Source: Phoronis australis (lineage: Eukaryota > Animalia > Phoronida). From it: a stretch of 64,000 nucleotides of DNA. The translations under genes were made by a program, and so were the position numbers. This document shows positions 63,196-64,000 of the stretch, one piece after another; within the stretch, counting starts at the first letter, position 1; the number at the start of each line of letters is the position of its first letter. The notes below the pieces were generated by a model. It was not told the DNA's origin. It saw only the letters and a list, made by a program, of their open reading frames with translations, and searched no databases. The DNA lies in contig NMRA01000214.1 in the NCBI GenBank assembly GCA_002633005.1, positions 612,090 through 676,089 on the forward strand. The letters are read 5' to 3'.

Positions 63196-63330
63196 TTATC
63201 ATACACCTACTGTACTTGAAAGCGTTACGGTGTTTTCCCATTGCTCCCAACTTGTTCAATTCTATAGCCCAACAACAAGTTACATGTAGGAAGTTTACCC
63301 CTGTAGCCAATATCTTACACGACTGATTAA

Positions 63331-64000
63331 GGTAGGTGGATACACAAAAAAAATTAATTTTGACTGTTTTTTACATTTTCATATATCTTAATCTTTAATT
63401 CTTGATGCACAGTATACTGAAGAAAAATAAAATCATTCTGAAAATCCAAAGTTGTTTTTTTAGCTATATTTGACCAAACCTCAGTAAGTCATATGGCTTG
63501 AGTGCTCACCAGCTCAGTGATGCGGAGCTTATATACAAGGACACTAGCTCTAATCTAACCCTGTCAACAAGCATTGCGTAACCGGGCAATCGAGAGTGAT
63601 GTACCAGCTGATATTGGTGTTGTAGCAAGACCAAGAAGAAAACAATTCTATTTTTGACCATGTGAAATTTAGTAGTGAAATGGTGAACTAGCTCCTGTTC
63701 CGAGCCTGAGCCTGTTTGTCTATCTGCAAAAAAAAATTAAGTTGAGTACGCCAAGCCCTACCGAAGCCATCACTGCACTCAGCTTGAGGAGTCCGTGCAG
63801 AAATTGTGCATGTATAAGAGAAGTCGGTAATATAAGGTCAGTTGTCTTGCGAGAGGACGCTGAGTGTCGACGTGGGTGGTGTTGCACGATTCGGTGAGAG
63901 TGCATACACGCGCTGTGAAGACAAGCCGCGCGCGCGACACATGGACAACTACATGCCGTCAGAGTAGAGTCTTCGCAGATAAACCGTGCTTCTGTGCTGG
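63331..64000 (+). mobile_element. Kolobok-like non-autonomous element running off the window
   Basis: TTAA-GGTAGGTGGATACAC start; inverted near-identical copy at 32314-32991. Confidence 0.75.

Noticed and set aside
1-64000. tRNA, rRNA, or prokaryotic/HGT defence systems
   Set aside because: No cloverleaf, rRNA-like segment or operon-like intact ORFs recognised by eye; tRNAscan-SE/Infernal would be needed to exclude small RNAs or SINEs

Overview
AT-rich eukaryotic DNA with spliceosomal GT-AG introns, most likely a marine invertebrate; the species cannot be fixed from the sequence. The only intact host genes found are two tandem + strand paralogs of an SLC16/monocarboxylate-transporter (MFS) gene. 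Each has five coding exons and a 1326-nt CDS (441 aa): 16026-28608 and 42964-48575. They lie in an old segmental duplication (~13.9-31.1 kb vs ~40.3-51.1 kb). The rest is mostly decayed or nested transposons: two Academ elements, an ISL2EU-like element (spliced THAP remnant plus an opposite-strand SAP and YqaJ-exonuclease remnant), two hAT elements, two Helentron-type HINEs carrying a ~145-bp repeat array, a 5'-truncated LINE with a 9-bp TSD, Gypsy LTR/pol remnants, Kolobok-like elements, MITEs and micro/minisatellites. There is also a 94-N gap. No CRISPR array, RNA gene or clearly new system is supported. The best leads are apparent gene conversion between the transporters that spares TM1 pore-region residues, a higher-order repeat inside a HINE, and a hAT with an apparent 5-bp TSD. 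All family calls come from motif recognition by eye, not database searches.
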